Virus record (IMG/VR): IMGVR_UViG_3300034374_002231
Span: 668 to 64,667 of that record
Source: a virus
Lineage: Duplodnaviria; Caudoviricetes
DNA: 64,000 nt
Strand: one strand, 5' to 3'
Shown here piece by piece: positions 1-10,471 of this stretch (position 1 is its first letter; the number at the start of each line of letters is the position of its first letter). The notes beneath the pieces were generated by a model. It saw nothing but the letters and a program-made list of their open reading frames with translations, was not told the DNA's origin and made no database searches. A program made the translations under genes and the position numbers.

Positions 1-330
1 CGCATCGAAAGTACCATGGACCGACGCGGTAAGGACAATACCGGGCTGACGGATGAGTTTGTTGTACCAGACGCAACGCCGAAAGCGTCCCTGATCGCAC
101 GGTGGGAACCAGACACAAAGCGCCTCTACCTGCTGCCGAAACCGTTCCAGAAATGGTGCGTTGACCAGCAGCTGCACATGAAGGGTCTTATGGACGACAT
201 CAAGCGGACTAATCCGGTAGCTTACAAAAAGGTGCGGATCGACAAGGGAACCAAGATGAACATGGCGGCTATTCACGCCTACGTGATCGACCTACCGGCT
301 GAGGCTCTGGATGCGGGCACCGGGGATTGA
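1..330 (+). CDS. Probable C-terminal part of the primase-helicase (5'-truncated)
   Basis: Frame is open from base 1 (RIESTMDRRG...LIARWEPDTKRLYL...FQKWC); resembles C-termini of DUF927-type primase-helicases; the N-terminal part runs off the right end of the window. Confidence 0.7.
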   Translation, partial: RIESTMDRRGKDNTGLTDEFVVPDATPKASLIARWEPDTKRLYLLPKPFQKWCVDQQLHMKGLMDDIKRTNPVAYKKVRIDKGTKMNMAAIHAYVIDLPAEALDAGTGD

Positions 331-532
331 CGACCTCTTTCCTGATGGACTGCCCATCGACGTTGCATGGGACACATGGCGTGTCGGGCAGTCTATTTTC
401 GTGCCATGCCTCAACACAAAGAAGGCCGTGGTACAGGCCCGGGCTGTGGCACGCCGGAAACAGTATACGCTGGAGTCTCAGGTCCGAATCGAGAATGGAT
501 ATTTAGGGGTTCGCATCTGGAGAACCACATGA
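311..532 (+). CDS. Small hypothetical phage protein
   Basis: 73 aa, overlaps the upstream stop, motifs VGQSIFVPCL and GVRIWR, followed by a terminator. Confidence 0.7.
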   Translation: MRAPGIDDLFPDGLPIDVAWDTWRVGQSIFVPCLNTKKAVVQARAVARRKQYTLESQVRIENGYLGVRIWRTT

Positions 533-580
533 TATAGATGGGCGTGTAACAACAGTCCTGTTGTTCTCCGCTTGTCTACT

Positions 581-616
581 ACCCCGCAGGTGCCCCCCGC
601 CCTGCGGGGTTTTTTA
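581..616 (+). terminator. Rho-independent terminator where the two arms converge
   Basis: ACCCCGCAGG...CCTGCGGGGT 10-bp stem followed by a T run. Confidence 0.75.
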
Positions 617-3600
617 GTTGAGGCCGAACTGCTCCCAGAACGTGGTCGGGCTGTCGTAGTCTGCCGCCATCTGCCGGATAATCGGCAGGTTCCGGTTGTT
701 GAAGATCATGCCGTTGACCGCCCGCTGCGTTGTCTGTTCGAAGGTGCGCGCCGACCGCTTCAACGTGTCCCGAGTGATCGCCTGCTGCGGATGCCGCTGG
801 TTGTATTCGCGGATGTCGGCCAGTACTTCTCGCATGCCGATTGCGTCGTTGTTCCGTCGAGCAAGATTCAGCCTCCGCATCAGCTTGGACTTCTTCTCTA
901 CAATCGCAGTGTCGATGTTCTTCAACTGCGTGTTGACTTCCAGCTGCCGGATGTAGTCCGCGGAGGAGAAGCCCATAGCTTGCGCCATAAGACTGTATGG
1001 CCCGAAGTCATCATAGATCACGTCACCGCGCAGGGTCTCTGCACCGCCTTGCGCGAACCGGAGGGCACGCATCACACTACCGATAGATGCGGGGAGGGAG
1101 GCTTCTGCCGCCCGGTAGTATTCTCCTTCGGACAACAACGCCGGAATACGCTCGCTGTACTTGATAAGCAGACTCGCAATCGGCCCCCCAGCGCCTTCGA
1201 TGAGGTTCATGACCGCGCCTTGGCTGTCCGCACGGAGCGGTTCACGGTAGAAGGTGTTGGACAGACCGATACGGCTCGACATCTCGGTGCCGAAGAAATA
1301 GTTACCGATGCCCTTGAAGCCCAGTTCGCCAAGCGACGTGCGGACGATGGTGTCAAAGTCTTCTTCGTCGTCATCAGTGAACAGCGTGTCGAATAGTGCT
1401 GCAAACGCCCCGTACATGGGCAGACCGGATGCACCGGCCCAGAGGCCGACGCTGCCGACGATACCACCGAACTGGAAGCGTGCGACCTTCCGCATCATCA
1501 GGGCTTCGTTGTACTCGGGCGTACCCTCGCCATACATCTCGGCCAGTTTGGCTTTGCTTGGGAACGACTTGTTCGCCACTGACAGCAGCAGATTGTACAT
1601 GGCCAGCGGGTAACGCCGGAACAGATAGAACGGCGCACCGATGTTGCCCTGCGCCAGCTTCGGCGCGGCGGCGGCAGAGATACTGCCGTTGGTCATCTCG
1701 GTCATGTACGCGGCCTTGTTGGCTGCGGCCTGCTTCTCTTCCACGGTCAGATCAGTTGGCTGCCCACGCTTTGCCTTCTCGGCCTGCAGGCGCTGTACCT
1801 CAAGGTCGTAGGCGGCGATCAGCGTGGACTCCCGCACGCTGCGTTCGAGATGGTGGAACAGGAAGCCGGACGTGCGGTTCAACTTATCCCATATACTTGT
1901 GCCGATGCTGCCTTCGATGTCCAGCGTGTCGTAGTTGATGGAGTTATGGAACAGGCCCCGAGCACGCCCCTCTTCCCGGAGGTAGTAATACCGGCTGTTC
2001 TCATCCATCTCGTAGTTGTCGAGTGAGTAGTCCACGAGATTTGTCTTGACGCGACGGGTCTCTGTCTCGCCGCGTTCGTTGATAAATTCAACGGTGCGTT
2101 CTCGTCCGCTGCCACCGTAGACACGCATGGCGTTGCCCAGCGCCTTAACTGTCTGGCGCATCCCGTACTGTCCGCTGAGGTACGGTGCGATGATGGTCGG
2201 AATAGCGAAGAAGTTGAGGGTCGCCGATGAGATGTTGGCACCCAATGTCAGGCCGAAACCCAGCGACGTGGCGAGTTTGGATATTCTAGACCGATCACGG
2301 TAGATAGCCCCGGCATAGTCCTGCATGGCTTCCAGATAGACCTGTGCCTTGACCTGCTCGTCAAGGCCGAGGCGACCGCTGAGTTGGCCCTCTGTGAATT
2401 CCTGTGTCATCCGATTGACCGCGGCCCGTGCCTTGGAGCCATACTCCATGTCAGCAAGCTGACGCGACAGGCTGGCAGCCTTCGTCAGCAGCAAGTTTGT
2501 CGTATCGGTGCGGCTGAGTTTTTGTGAGATCGGGGTCTTGTCGCCAAGGTAACCCTTGATGTTCTGGCGTCTGCGGTACGAGTTGAGGATGGACCGCTCC
2601 GGTGTCATCTCCAACGCCAACTTCACAATCTTACCTTGAATGTCGCGGGCACGGGCCATCTCTGCGCCGAGCGCAGACTGCGCAGCTGCACGCGACTGCT
2701 CTACCGTTGCGCCTTCAGCCAGCGCCTTGGCTTGCGCTGCGTTGCCTGCCGCCCGGGCATCCCGCTCCAGCATGCGGCCGATGTCCATGACGAACTTGCC
2801 CGCGGGCTGGTTATCGGTGCGGAACAAGTCCTCGATTTTAACGTACGCCTGCACATCGGTGATCCCGAGATCCGGCTCGGCTTGCTTGAGCCTCTGCAGC
2901 TCTTTATAGGCAGCGGCCCGGTCGCCCTCGGTGAGGAACGACTGCTTCGCCAGTGTGGGCTGCTTGGTCTCCGGGTCATTGTAGAAGTACGCCAGCCAGA
3001 ACCGGCCCTGACGCTGCAGCGGCTGGTACGGCACAACGACTTGATCTGCGAGGATCTTCTCGTAGATGTCTTTGTACAGCGTCTCGCTGAGCTTCTTCTG
3101 GAACGGCAGCATCTCGTCCAGACGTGCTTTCAGCACACGCCCGGTCTCTTTGTGCATGTTCTCGAACAGGGCGATGACCTTGTTGTATGCCTTCTGGCCG
3201 TCGGGTCCGAGGGCCTCCCACTGCCTGCGTATCTTACGATAGGCGTCCAGCGTCTCCTGATCGAAGTCCCTGTGCACCCGGGCCTGCGTGCGGCTTGCGG
3301 CCTTGCCTGCGTCAGTATCCTGCTTGAGCCGCGCGTTGAGATCCACAAGCGCCGAATCCCGCGCAGCTTTGGTGGGGTAGGACAGTAACTCGACCCCATC
3401 CATCTCGCCCTTGGCGTTCAGTTTCTTATAGGCCAGCGTGTAGCCCGTGTAGAAACTTTCTTTGCGGCGAGGGTCGATCTGCAATTCGCTCGAAATGAGA
3501 CGAACGTCGTTGAACAGGTCGGTCTTGTCCTTGGGCACCAGCTTCATGATGTCGTCAACGGTCTGCCGCGCACGCTGATTGAGACGGTGGATGGCCCCCG

Positions 3601-6600
3601 AGTGGCCCGTCAGGGCCTTGTAGAGATCATCGACGTTGCTGCGACCCAGATACTTACCTGCAGGCTCCAGCATGTTGACCAATCCGACGAAGGCGTCCAA
3701 CGCGAACCGCTTGAGGCCAGACCGAGACGCCCCGCCTGCAGCCAAGAAGTTGTCGATCTTCTGTTGATCCAGCTTGGTGAAGTCCTTGATGCGCCCTGCT
3801 GGACCATTGAGCCGTGCCTCAGCGCGCAGCGGGATCAGGGAGTCTTCGTACAGGTTATTGTCAGCACGCACCTCGGGGGCCGCGTCGAAAATAGTCCGGA
3901 CAAGGAAATCCACCTCGTCGAACACACTGTCCTTGCCTGCGCCTGCCTCCGGACCGACACTCATAGCGGTGTAGTCAACCGGCTGCCACTTTAGAACCCG
4001 AGTGCGTACGAAGTTTACGACGTTGCGCCAGAACTGCGTGAACGCAGAAGCCTTCCGGTCATTGGGGTACAGTTGGGCCAGCTTGGCTTGGAACTCTTGG
4101 TTCGACATAGCCTCCGCTGCGAACTCCAAAGTGTTCTTCAACCCATAGTCCTGATCCAGCAACGGCTCGACCTGCTTGCGAAGGCTTTCGAGGCGTGCCC
4201 GCACCGGGTTGGTTGGGTCCGTCAGGGCCTTGATTGTCGCCGCATGGATCATCTCGTGCAGTAGTATGTGCGCGTTCATACCGGTTGCGGAGTTCAGGAA
4301 AATGGCATCTTGCATGAGTTCGGCTACGGCAGGGTCGACCTTGGCTATTGCCGCCTTCGATTTTGCCGTGAGCAACAAATACGCGCCCGGATCAATTTTA
4401 CCGGTATCGTCGTCACGTAGAACCTCGCGTGCATAGGACACGTTGTCGGTTGTGTATACCTTGGTCTTGCCCACGTAGGGGATCAGACCTGCGGCCAGCT
4501 TTGAGATGTAGGGGTCCGTGCTGGTGTCAGCCAAGCCACGAAGGGCACCGCGCAGATCACCTTTATTCAAGGCACGCACGATGTCGGGATGGAACGGGGC
4601 TTGCAGGCCGTACACGATGCTACGACGAGGTGCACGCAGGAGGGCATCACCGAACCCTTTGCCGATGGCGTCTAGTTCTTCAGCCGTCAGTGCGTCCGGT
4701 GTGGTATCTTCAAACGCTTCGGTACCGCGCAGGGCAGACTCTGCATCGTAATAAGACTTCAAGAACGCGGCTTCGTTCTTCTCGCGCTCCCGACGCGTCA
4801 TCTGCTCTTGGTCAAGCGTATTGCCAAGGGCGTCAGCACGTCCTTCGGTGTACTCCGCGATCTGCTCGTCCATGTAGGCAATGCTGTTGAACGACAGGTT
4901 CTTCTCCACCCACTCACTGGCGGCGGTTGCAGCGTTGCGTCCAGTGCCTTGCTCTATCGCGCTAAGCGGAGTGGCCTTACTGCCCCGGCGTATTTTCGGC
5001 ACGTCGGGAGACGAGAGATCAAAGGCGATAGCCGCCAACGCATCGTTCGGATCAGGGTACTTGCTGAAGTACGCATGCGCGTTCCGAGCGTTCTTGTCTT
5101 TCTTGAGCTGTTCCTTCGATGTGGTCAGCAGGTCGAGCAGGGTGCGCTTGTCACCTGCGGTCGTCTGGTCAAACGCGGCTTCCTGCGCCAGCAGACGGGC
5201 TTCGCGGTCTGCAAGGCGGTCACGCTCACGCTGCAGTGCCCGGGCCTCGGCTTCATTCTTGGCTTCTTCGACAGGCTTGAGGCGCGCACGTTCACGGGCA
5301 ACAAGGGCGGATGCGCTATCGGCGTCAGCCTCGCGAACCAGTTCCTCGGATGCGTTGGAGCGGAACCAATCACGAAGCTGTTGACGCAGAGAGACGTTGT
5401 CGGCGCGCTCCATGAGGTTGACCGCATCCTGCGCGCCTTCAATTTCGGCCTGCTGACGCCCCGCCTCACTGCGAAGATAGGACGTCACGTTATACAGCTG
5501 TGCGCTAGTCCGGTTCAGCTGCCGCTGCAGTCGGTCCTTTACGACGCTTGGCTTGACGCCTTCTTCCTTGGCCCGTGCACTCACCGCGCGACGGGTCAGT
5601 GCCGCCTGCAGGTCTTTGACTTCTTGTTCCAGCCGAGCCTTGGTGGTCATCTGCTGCGCAATAGGTTCACGCTGTGCCGCCTTTTGCGCCTCAAGCTGCT
5701 TGCCCTGCACCCCGGCGACCCCTGCAGGGATCAACTGACCCGTAGGTGTAACGGTCGCGCCTTCAGGACGACGCAGTGTCGGCTCCGGAACCACCGGACG
5801 CCGCAAGTTGGGTGGCATTTGTTCAGCAGCGAGCGTGGCTTCTGGCGTGGCTTCTGGCGCGGCTTGCGGGGCAGCTTCTGGTGCGGTTCCCTGTTTGATC
5901 CGCTTAATGGTATCTATAATGTTTGTGTTTGCGGCTTCAGTGTTTGGTTCCGAAGGACGCATGTCTTGGTTAATGAAATCGACGAACGCGGTGTCGGTGT
6001 CGCGCGTAACCGTTGGAACCGTGGTATCCCCACGGATGTCCCCGACCGAAGCATCCAGCGCCTCGGCTGCGGCGCGCAGTTCTGGCGTGAAGTAGTAATC
6101 GGTTATGGCGCGCCCGCTAGACTTATTGAACCACCCCGTTTTAGACAAGCCAAAGAAAGGATACCACTTACCGGATGGCACGTCTGTTTTACCACCCTCG
6201 CCAGTGCTCAAGTAGAACGGCACCTTTACACCGTTTACCTCCCGTATGGCAATGGCGCGAGGTGCGCGAGAGACTCCTGCTGCTTTCTCCACAAACGAAG
6301 TAATGTCGTACATAGCCACGTCTGCTTGTGTTCCGTCCGGCAGTGGGAGGGCTATCGGCGCGGCTTCTGGCGCGGCTTTTACTGCTCCGGGCTGTTGTCC
6401 TGTTCCTCCTGCAGATTCGCGAGGGTCTGGGCTAGGAATTCCCAGTGGTGTTCCTGCAGGTGCTGCAGCTCCGGGGGTATCTTCAGGGACACTTGGTCCT
6501 CGTCCGCGTTTACCCACGCGTCGTGTATCACTCGGAACGCCTTCTCGACGTCCTCCATCGTCAAGCTGACCATCGACCGCTCCTTCTGACGGCGCTTGGC

Positions 6601-8071
6601 TAGGCGCAGTGCTAGGTTCCGGTGCAGGGGCGACCTCCTTCGGTTTCGCCAGATAATCCGCAATAGCGATTTTGGTCTCTTTTTTGACCCCGGGCAAGCG
6701 TGAATACCGTTGCAGTTCTTCTAAGAACCGGTTGTCGGTTTCGATAGCATTCTTCAGCTTGGAACGAATCGGCGCACCGGGCGCTACTTTCAACTCGTCA
6801 AGGACCACGCTGGCGGGACGCGCCGGACGCCTCAATGGCGTAGCTGGGACGGACGGGAACCCGGTCGTCTGACGTGCTGTCGCAAGGTCGGCGGAAGCTG
6901 TCAGATAGTCACTGATCTTGGTGCGTGTGGCTGTAGGAAGCGCCGTATTCGAACGCAGCTTGGCCAGCGCCGCACGGCCTTCAGTGTCGTAGAATGGGCG
7001 GCTACCGTACTTCTTTCGAAGCGGAACGGTTTTCGGCAGCCCCAGATCATCAGCCACATCGCTGATCGTTTGCGGAAGCCCACGCGGGATGCCTGCCAGC
7101 CCCGGGGCGGCTTCAGGCGCAGCCGCTGGAGCCTCTGCATCGTCTTCTATTTGGGGGCGAGAGCCGCGGAACGGACCCGACACGCCGCCGACAGCACCGC
7201 CAAGCAGACCTGCTGCGATGCCGACTTCGATGTACTCTTGGATGGCCTCGTCATCATCAAGCGGAAGCCCCGCCTGTGCGCGTTCCAGAACCTGTTGTGT
7301 GATTTCTGTGGGGACTTCGACGGCTGCACCGGTTGCTGCAAACTGTCCCGACCGCACAAACAGGTTCTTGCTGGCCGGAATACTGATCCCGAACAGCTTA
7401 CCAGCAAGGAGCAATCGCTCCCCAACAGAGTTCAGAATGGACTGACCGCCCGCCGCAAGAAACGCGTCCATGCGGTCTTTCTCTGCAAGTTCTCCAGCAT
7501 TGACCTGCGTCTCTTGGCGCTGGATGTTGCGACCATAGAAAAACGGCATAGCGGTCGCAGTGCCCGCCGCAAGGCCTGTCAGAGGTGTACCAAGAACTGT
7601 ACCTGCCGCCGTAGCCCCAAGGGTTGCCCCCATTTCGGGCGCGGTCTGCCCCGCAATCTCACCGAGGTAGCTCAGCCCACTTCCTAGACCCTTGATGTCC
7701 GCAGAGGTCATAGGTGCCGGAAGTTCGATGGACTCTCGCAGCTGCTCGCGCCGCGCACTTTCTTCCATGCCACTACCGAGGTTCTCAAGGAACCCAAAGC
7801 CGGTAGCCTCGCCGATGTCGCGTGCCGCGGTGCCCAACGCGCTGTAGGCAGACGTCTTGCCCCGGTCAAAACCACGACCAAGGGCAGTGCCGTCGCCTTC
7901 GGGAGTAAGTTGATCCCCCGTAAAATACTCAGCCAACGCATTAAGACGCGCCCGATCTTGGCTGATGTACTGCTGCATCTCGGCAAAGTCTTGGTCTGAC
8001 GGGGCATCCCCCCCATGGTTGAACAGATAGACTTTACCGGTCTGCTCGTCAGTATACTGATACTGCCCCAT
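614..8071 (-). CDS. Giant internal virion/ejection protein (polyvalent-protein-like) with a zincin HExxH motif
   Basis: 2485 aa, last gene of the virion operon; Gly/Ala-rich hydrophobic N-terminal region; LLHEMIHAAT...EFAAEA motif; helical C-terminus. Confidence 0.75.
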   Translation of the reverse strand: MGQYQYTDEQTGKVYLFNHGGDAPSDQDFAEMQQYISQDRARLNALAEYFTGDQLTPEGDGTALGRGFDRGKTSAYSALGTAARDIGEATGFGFLENLGSGMEESARREQLRESIELPAPMTSADIKGLGSGLSYLGEIAGQTAPEMGATLGATAAGTVLGTPLTGLAAGTATAMPFFYGRNIQRQETQVNAGELAEKDRMDAFLAAGGQSILNSVGERLLLAGKLFGISIPASKNLFVRSGQFAATGAAVEVPTEITQQVLERAQAGLPLDDDEAIQEYIEVGIAAGLLGGAVGGVSGPFRGSRPQIEDDAEAPAAAPEAAPGLAGIPRGLPQTISDVADDLGLPKTVPLRKKYGSRPFYDTEGRAALAKLRSNTALPTATRTKISDYLTASADLATARQTTGFPSVPATPLRRPARPASVVLDELKVAPGAPIRSKLKNAIETDNRFLEELQRYSRLPGVKKETKIAIADYLAKPKEVAPAPEPSTAPSQAPSEGAVDGQLDDGGRREGVPSDTRRVGKRGRGPSVPEDTPGAAAPAGTPLGIPSPDPRESAGGTGQQPGAVKAAPEAAPIALPLPDGTQADVAMYDITSFVEKAAGVSRAPRAIAIREVNGVKVPFYLSTGEGGKTDVPSGKWYPFFGLSKTGWFNKSSGRAITDYYFTPELRAAAEALDASVGDIRGDTTVPTVTRDTDTAFVDFINQDMRPSEPNTEAANTNIIDTIKRIKQGTAPEAAPQAAPEATPEATLAAEQMPPNLRRPVVPEPTLRRPEGATVTPTGQLIPAGVAGVQGKQLEAQKAAQREPIAQQMTTKARLEQEVKDLQAALTRRAVSARAKEEGVKPSVVKDRLQRQLNRTSAQLYNVTSYLRSEAGRQQAEIEGAQDAVNLMERADNVSLRQQLRDWFRSNASEELVREADADSASALVARERARLKPVEEAKNEAEARALQRERDRLADREARLLAQEAAFDQTTAGDKRTLLDLLTTSKEQLKKDKNARNAHAYFSKYPDPNDALAAIAFDLSSPDVPKIRRGSKATPLSAIEQGTGRNAATAASEWVEKNLSFNSIAYMDEQIAEYTEGRADALGNTLDQEQMTRREREKNEAAFLKSYYDAESALRGTEAFEDTTPDALTAEELDAIGKGFGDALLRAPRRSIVYGLQAPFHPDIVRALNKGDLRGALRGLADTSTDPYISKLAAGLIPYVGKTKVYTTDNVSYAREVLRDDDTGKIDPGAYLLLTAKSKAAIAKVDPAVAELMQDAIFLNSATGMNAHILLHEMIHAATIKALTDPTNPVRARLESLRKQVEPLLDQDYGLKNTLEFAAEAMSNQEFQAKLAQLYPNDRKASAFTQFWRNVVNFVRTRVLKWQPVDYTAMSVGPEAGAGKDSVFDEVDFLVRTIFDAAPEVRADNNLYEDSLIPLRAEARLNGPAGRIKDFTKLDQQKIDNFLAAGGASRSGLKRFALDAFVGLVNMLEPAGKYLGRSNVDDLYKALTGHSGAIHRLNQRARQTVDDIMKLVPKDKTDLFNDVRLISSELQIDPRRKESFYTGYTLAYKKLNAKGEMDGVELLSYPTKAARDSALVDLNARLKQDTDAGKAASRTQARVHRDFDQETLDAYRKIRRQWEALGPDGQKAYNKVIALFENMHKETGRVLKARLDEMLPFQKKLSETLYKDIYEKILADQVVVPYQPLQRQGRFWLAYFYNDPETKQPTLAKQSFLTEGDRAAAYKELQRLKQAEPDLGITDVQAYVKIEDLFRTDNQPAGKFVMDIGRMLERDARAAGNAAQAKALAEGATVEQSRAAAQSALGAEMARARDIQGKIVKLALEMTPERSILNSYRRRQNIKGYLGDKTPISQKLSRTDTTNLLLTKAASLSRQLADMEYGSKARAAVNRMTQEFTEGQLSGRLGLDEQVKAQVYLEAMQDYAGAIYRDRSRISKLATSLGFGLTLGANISSATLNFFAIPTIIAPYLSGQYGMRQTVKALGNAMRVYGGSGRERTVEFINERGETETRRVKTNLVDYSLDNYEMDENSRYYYLREEGRARGLFHNSINYDTLDIEGSIGTSIWDKLNRTSGFLFHHLERSVRESTLIAAYDLEVQRLQAEKAKRGQPTDLTVEEKQAAANKAAYMTEMTNGSISAAAAPKLAQGNIGAPFYLFRRYPLAMYNLLLSVANKSFPSKAKLAEMYGEGTPEYNEALMMRKVARFQFGGIVGSVGLWAGASGLPMYGAFAALFDTLFTDDDEEDFDTIVRTSLGELGFKGIGNYFFGTEMSSRIGLSNTFYREPLRADSQGAVMNLIEGAGGPIASLLIKYSERIPALLSEGEYYRAAEASLPASIGSVMRALRFAQGGAETLRGDVIYDDFGPYSLMAQAMGFSSADYIRQLEVNTQLKNIDTAIVEKKSKLMRRLNLARRNNDAIGMREVLADIREYNQRHPQQAITRDTLKRSARTFEQTTQRAVNGMIFNNRNLPIIRQMAADYDSPTTFWEQFGLN

Positions 8072-8080
8072 GCCGTCCCC

Positions 8081-10471
8081 TTACGTTTTGGGTTGGGAGG
8101 ATGATAGATTCACTGCCCCGTTGCCAGTGCCGAGTCCGGCGCCACCAAGCCCAAGCACGCTGTCAATGCTGTTAAGCTGTGCCTTTATAGCCGCCATTTG
8201 CTCCAGCTCATCGGCCGTGGGAGTTCCACCCAGCCCACCAAGGTTATTCATCTGATCTATAAGGCTCTTTCGGAGCGAAATCAGATTGCTTGGGGACAGA
8301 CTTTTGGACGCGCCACGTCCTGCACGCTTGAGTGCGAGCGCCTGCTGGGCCAGTTTGGCTTCTTCGTAGTCTTTGCGGGCCTGCTTCAGATCGTCGATCC
8401 CTGCAGCTGCGGCTTCGCCGAATGCAGCGCCGATGTTGGGCTGCCGCGAGGCCATCATAGCAAAGCCGACCTTGGCCAGCGCAAGCCACTTGTCCTGATT
8501 AAAGGCGCGCTCCATGTCCGACATGACGGCCTTGCTGGACCCGCCGAGAGCACTGCTGGCCCCACCGCCACCACCGCCAGCCCCACTTGGCTGGGCAAGC
8601 GTGGTTGTACCGCTTGGAGGTGTAGCAATGTCGGTGTCTGCACCAGCGTCTACGCCTACTTCGGCAGCTGCAGCTGCGTCAACGTCCGCTTGAGACGGAA
8701 GGAACAGGTCTTCGTCTAGTCCCGGTGCGCCGGTAAACGGAGCCGTTGGTGAGGGAGCAGTAAACGCAGCCTTGAGCGCGCCACCTCCAGCCGTATCAGT
8801 TTCGGCCTGTCTAGTTATGTTTGCTACCTGTTCGGGACTTGCCCCAAAAAACCGAGCGCCAGCCTCCGCAGCAGGAACCACAACTGCGTTTTTAACCGAT
8901 TGAACACCGGAGCTAACAGCGTCGAACACCGCCCCCGGAGCAGAGGTTATGGCGTCCGACATAGCCTGACCTGCGTTCAGGTCGTCGATTCGTAACTGGA
9001 GTTCGGCTTGAAGGAGCGGATCATTGGTTGCCGCGAGCTGCTCCTGCAAGGCTATGATCTCGTCTGTCCGCTTTTTGTCGCTCGCCTCCATCATGGCGGG
9101 TAGGAAGAACTCAGGGACATTTTTTGCTGGACGGGGGCCGAACCCAAAGACGTCTTCATCCATGCCCATAAGATCATAAGCGGAAGGCTCAAGGAACGTA
9201 CCTGCAGCCTGTCTATCCCTGACAAAGCGCGGAGTTTCAGGCTGGAACCCTTCGTCGAGTTCGCGAAATGGTACGTCCGTCGGAGACAACTTGGATCGAA
9301 CCTGTTGCGCAATCGTTGCAGGCGCAGGCTCTCCAGACTGGGCGTTAAACACCGCGCCGTTCTGGTGCATTGTATAGGGTACACCGTTTATCATGGTGGA
9401 CCGCCCTACAGTAGCGTAGTCTTTCGCGCTTGCCGGGGTGGTATCGGAAGCCGGTGTTTCCGCTGAGAAGATGCCCCCAAACATCTCTAGTAGCTCTGGC
9501 GGCGGTGGGCCTTCAGCGTAGTCGAAGCCTATCTCTGGCAGCGTGTCGGTAGGCATATAGGCTTCAAGTTTGCCGGAAACACTGGTGCTAAGAGGCGCAC
9601 CTTCGCTGGTACGAACGTCTCCCCGATCAACCATGGGTCGTTCGGGCGGGACAACGGGCCGAAGAGCGCGTTGCCCGGGACGATAACCCACCGAGGACAT
9701 CCCCATGTACATATCGCCTTGCACGTCGGTCTCTGCGTCCGGCTGGGGCAGCACGTCCCGCAGGTCGATAATCCCGTCGAGGCTGTCCACGCCCATATCT
9801 GGACTTCCGATAGTCGGACTAGGGGTACGCGAGACTGACGCTTCTGCACTGGGGTCCATCATCTTGCGCGTGTTGTATGCGCTCGGCGCTGCGGCTAGGC
9901 TTCCAATATCAGCCATCGCCTCCGGTTCAGGCGCGCCGCGGCCGCCTAGCTTGCTTTCAGCCATCTCCTCAAGAAGATCAGCCCGTTCGTACGCGTCAAC
10001 GACAGGGAACATTCCTGCAGGATCTTTGTAGACGCTGTAGGTGCCCGGATCGAAATACACCGTCTGACGTGTGCGTTTGGACGTAAACGACTCCAGCGGG
10101 CCACCCGCCTGCATGCGCTGTACCATGCCGCCACCAGCCATCTGCTGGACGGGGGCCGGACCTTGCGGCATCGGAGGCATCGGTGCCTGACCTGAGTTCA
10201 TCCCCATGTCGGTCTTAGGGGCCATGGCTTGCGCCATTCCAGCGATGCCTGCTTGTGGCACTCCTGCCGCGGCGACCACGTCTTCGGCGACAGTTGTCTG
10301 GTTCTGCTGCGCTTGTGCGGCGGCCTGTTCGGTCTCCATGCGCTTGCGGCGCTGCATCTCGCCCAAGACAAGGTACTGCGGGACCGACCCGCTGGGCATC
10401 TGCATCTCCTGTGCAAGCTGTTGCTGGGAGTAGTCCTTAAGGCGCTCCTGAAGCTGCAGTACGTTCATCAT
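8081..10471 (-). CDS. Internal virion/ejection protein
   Basis: 796 aa; MAGGG/MQAGG motifs; Pro/acidic disordered middle; C-terminal LALAKVGFAMMAS segment; located among ejection genes. Confidence 0.65.
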   Translation of the reverse strand: MMNVLQLQERLKDYSQQQLAQEMQMPSGSVPQYLVLGEMQRRKRMETEQAAAQAQQNQTTVAEDVVAAAGVPQAGIAGMAQAMAPKTDMGMNSGQAPMPPMPQGPAPVQQMAGGGMVQRMQAGGPLESFTSKRTRQTVYFDPGTYSVYKDPAGMFPVVDAYERADLLEEMAESKLGGRGAPEPEAMADIGSLAAAPSAYNTRKMMDPSAEASVSRTPSPTIGSPDMGVDSLDGIIDLRDVLPQPDAETDVQGDMYMGMSSVGYRPGQRALRPVVPPERPMVDRGDVRTSEGAPLSTSVSGKLEAYMPTDTLPEIGFDYAEGPPPPELLEMFGGIFSAETPASDTTPASAKDYATVGRSTMINGVPYTMHQNGAVFNAQSGEPAPATIAQQVRSKLSPTDVPFRELDEGFQPETPRFVRDRQAAGTFLEPSAYDLMGMDEDVFGFGPRPAKNVPEFFLPAMMEASDKKRTDEIIALQEQLAATNDPLLQAELQLRIDDLNAGQAMSDAITSAPGAVFDAVSSGVQSVKNAVVVPAAEAGARFFGASPEQVANITRQAETDTAGGGALKAAFTAPSPTAPFTGAPGLDEDLFLPSQADVDAAAAAEVGVDAGADTDIATPPSGTTTLAQPSGAGGGGGGASSALGGSSKAVMSDMERAFNQDKWLALAKVGFAMMASRQPNIGAAFGEAAAAGIDDLKQARKDYEEAKLAQQALALKRAGRGASKSLSPSNLISLRKSLIDQMNNLGGLGGTPTADELEQMAAIKAQLNSIDSVLGLGGAGLGTGNGAVNLSSSQPKT

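Noticed and set aside
614-8071. N4-like virion RNA polymerase
   Set aside because: No polymerase catalytic motifs recognised by eye; an HHpred/Foldseek search is needed to exclude it fully
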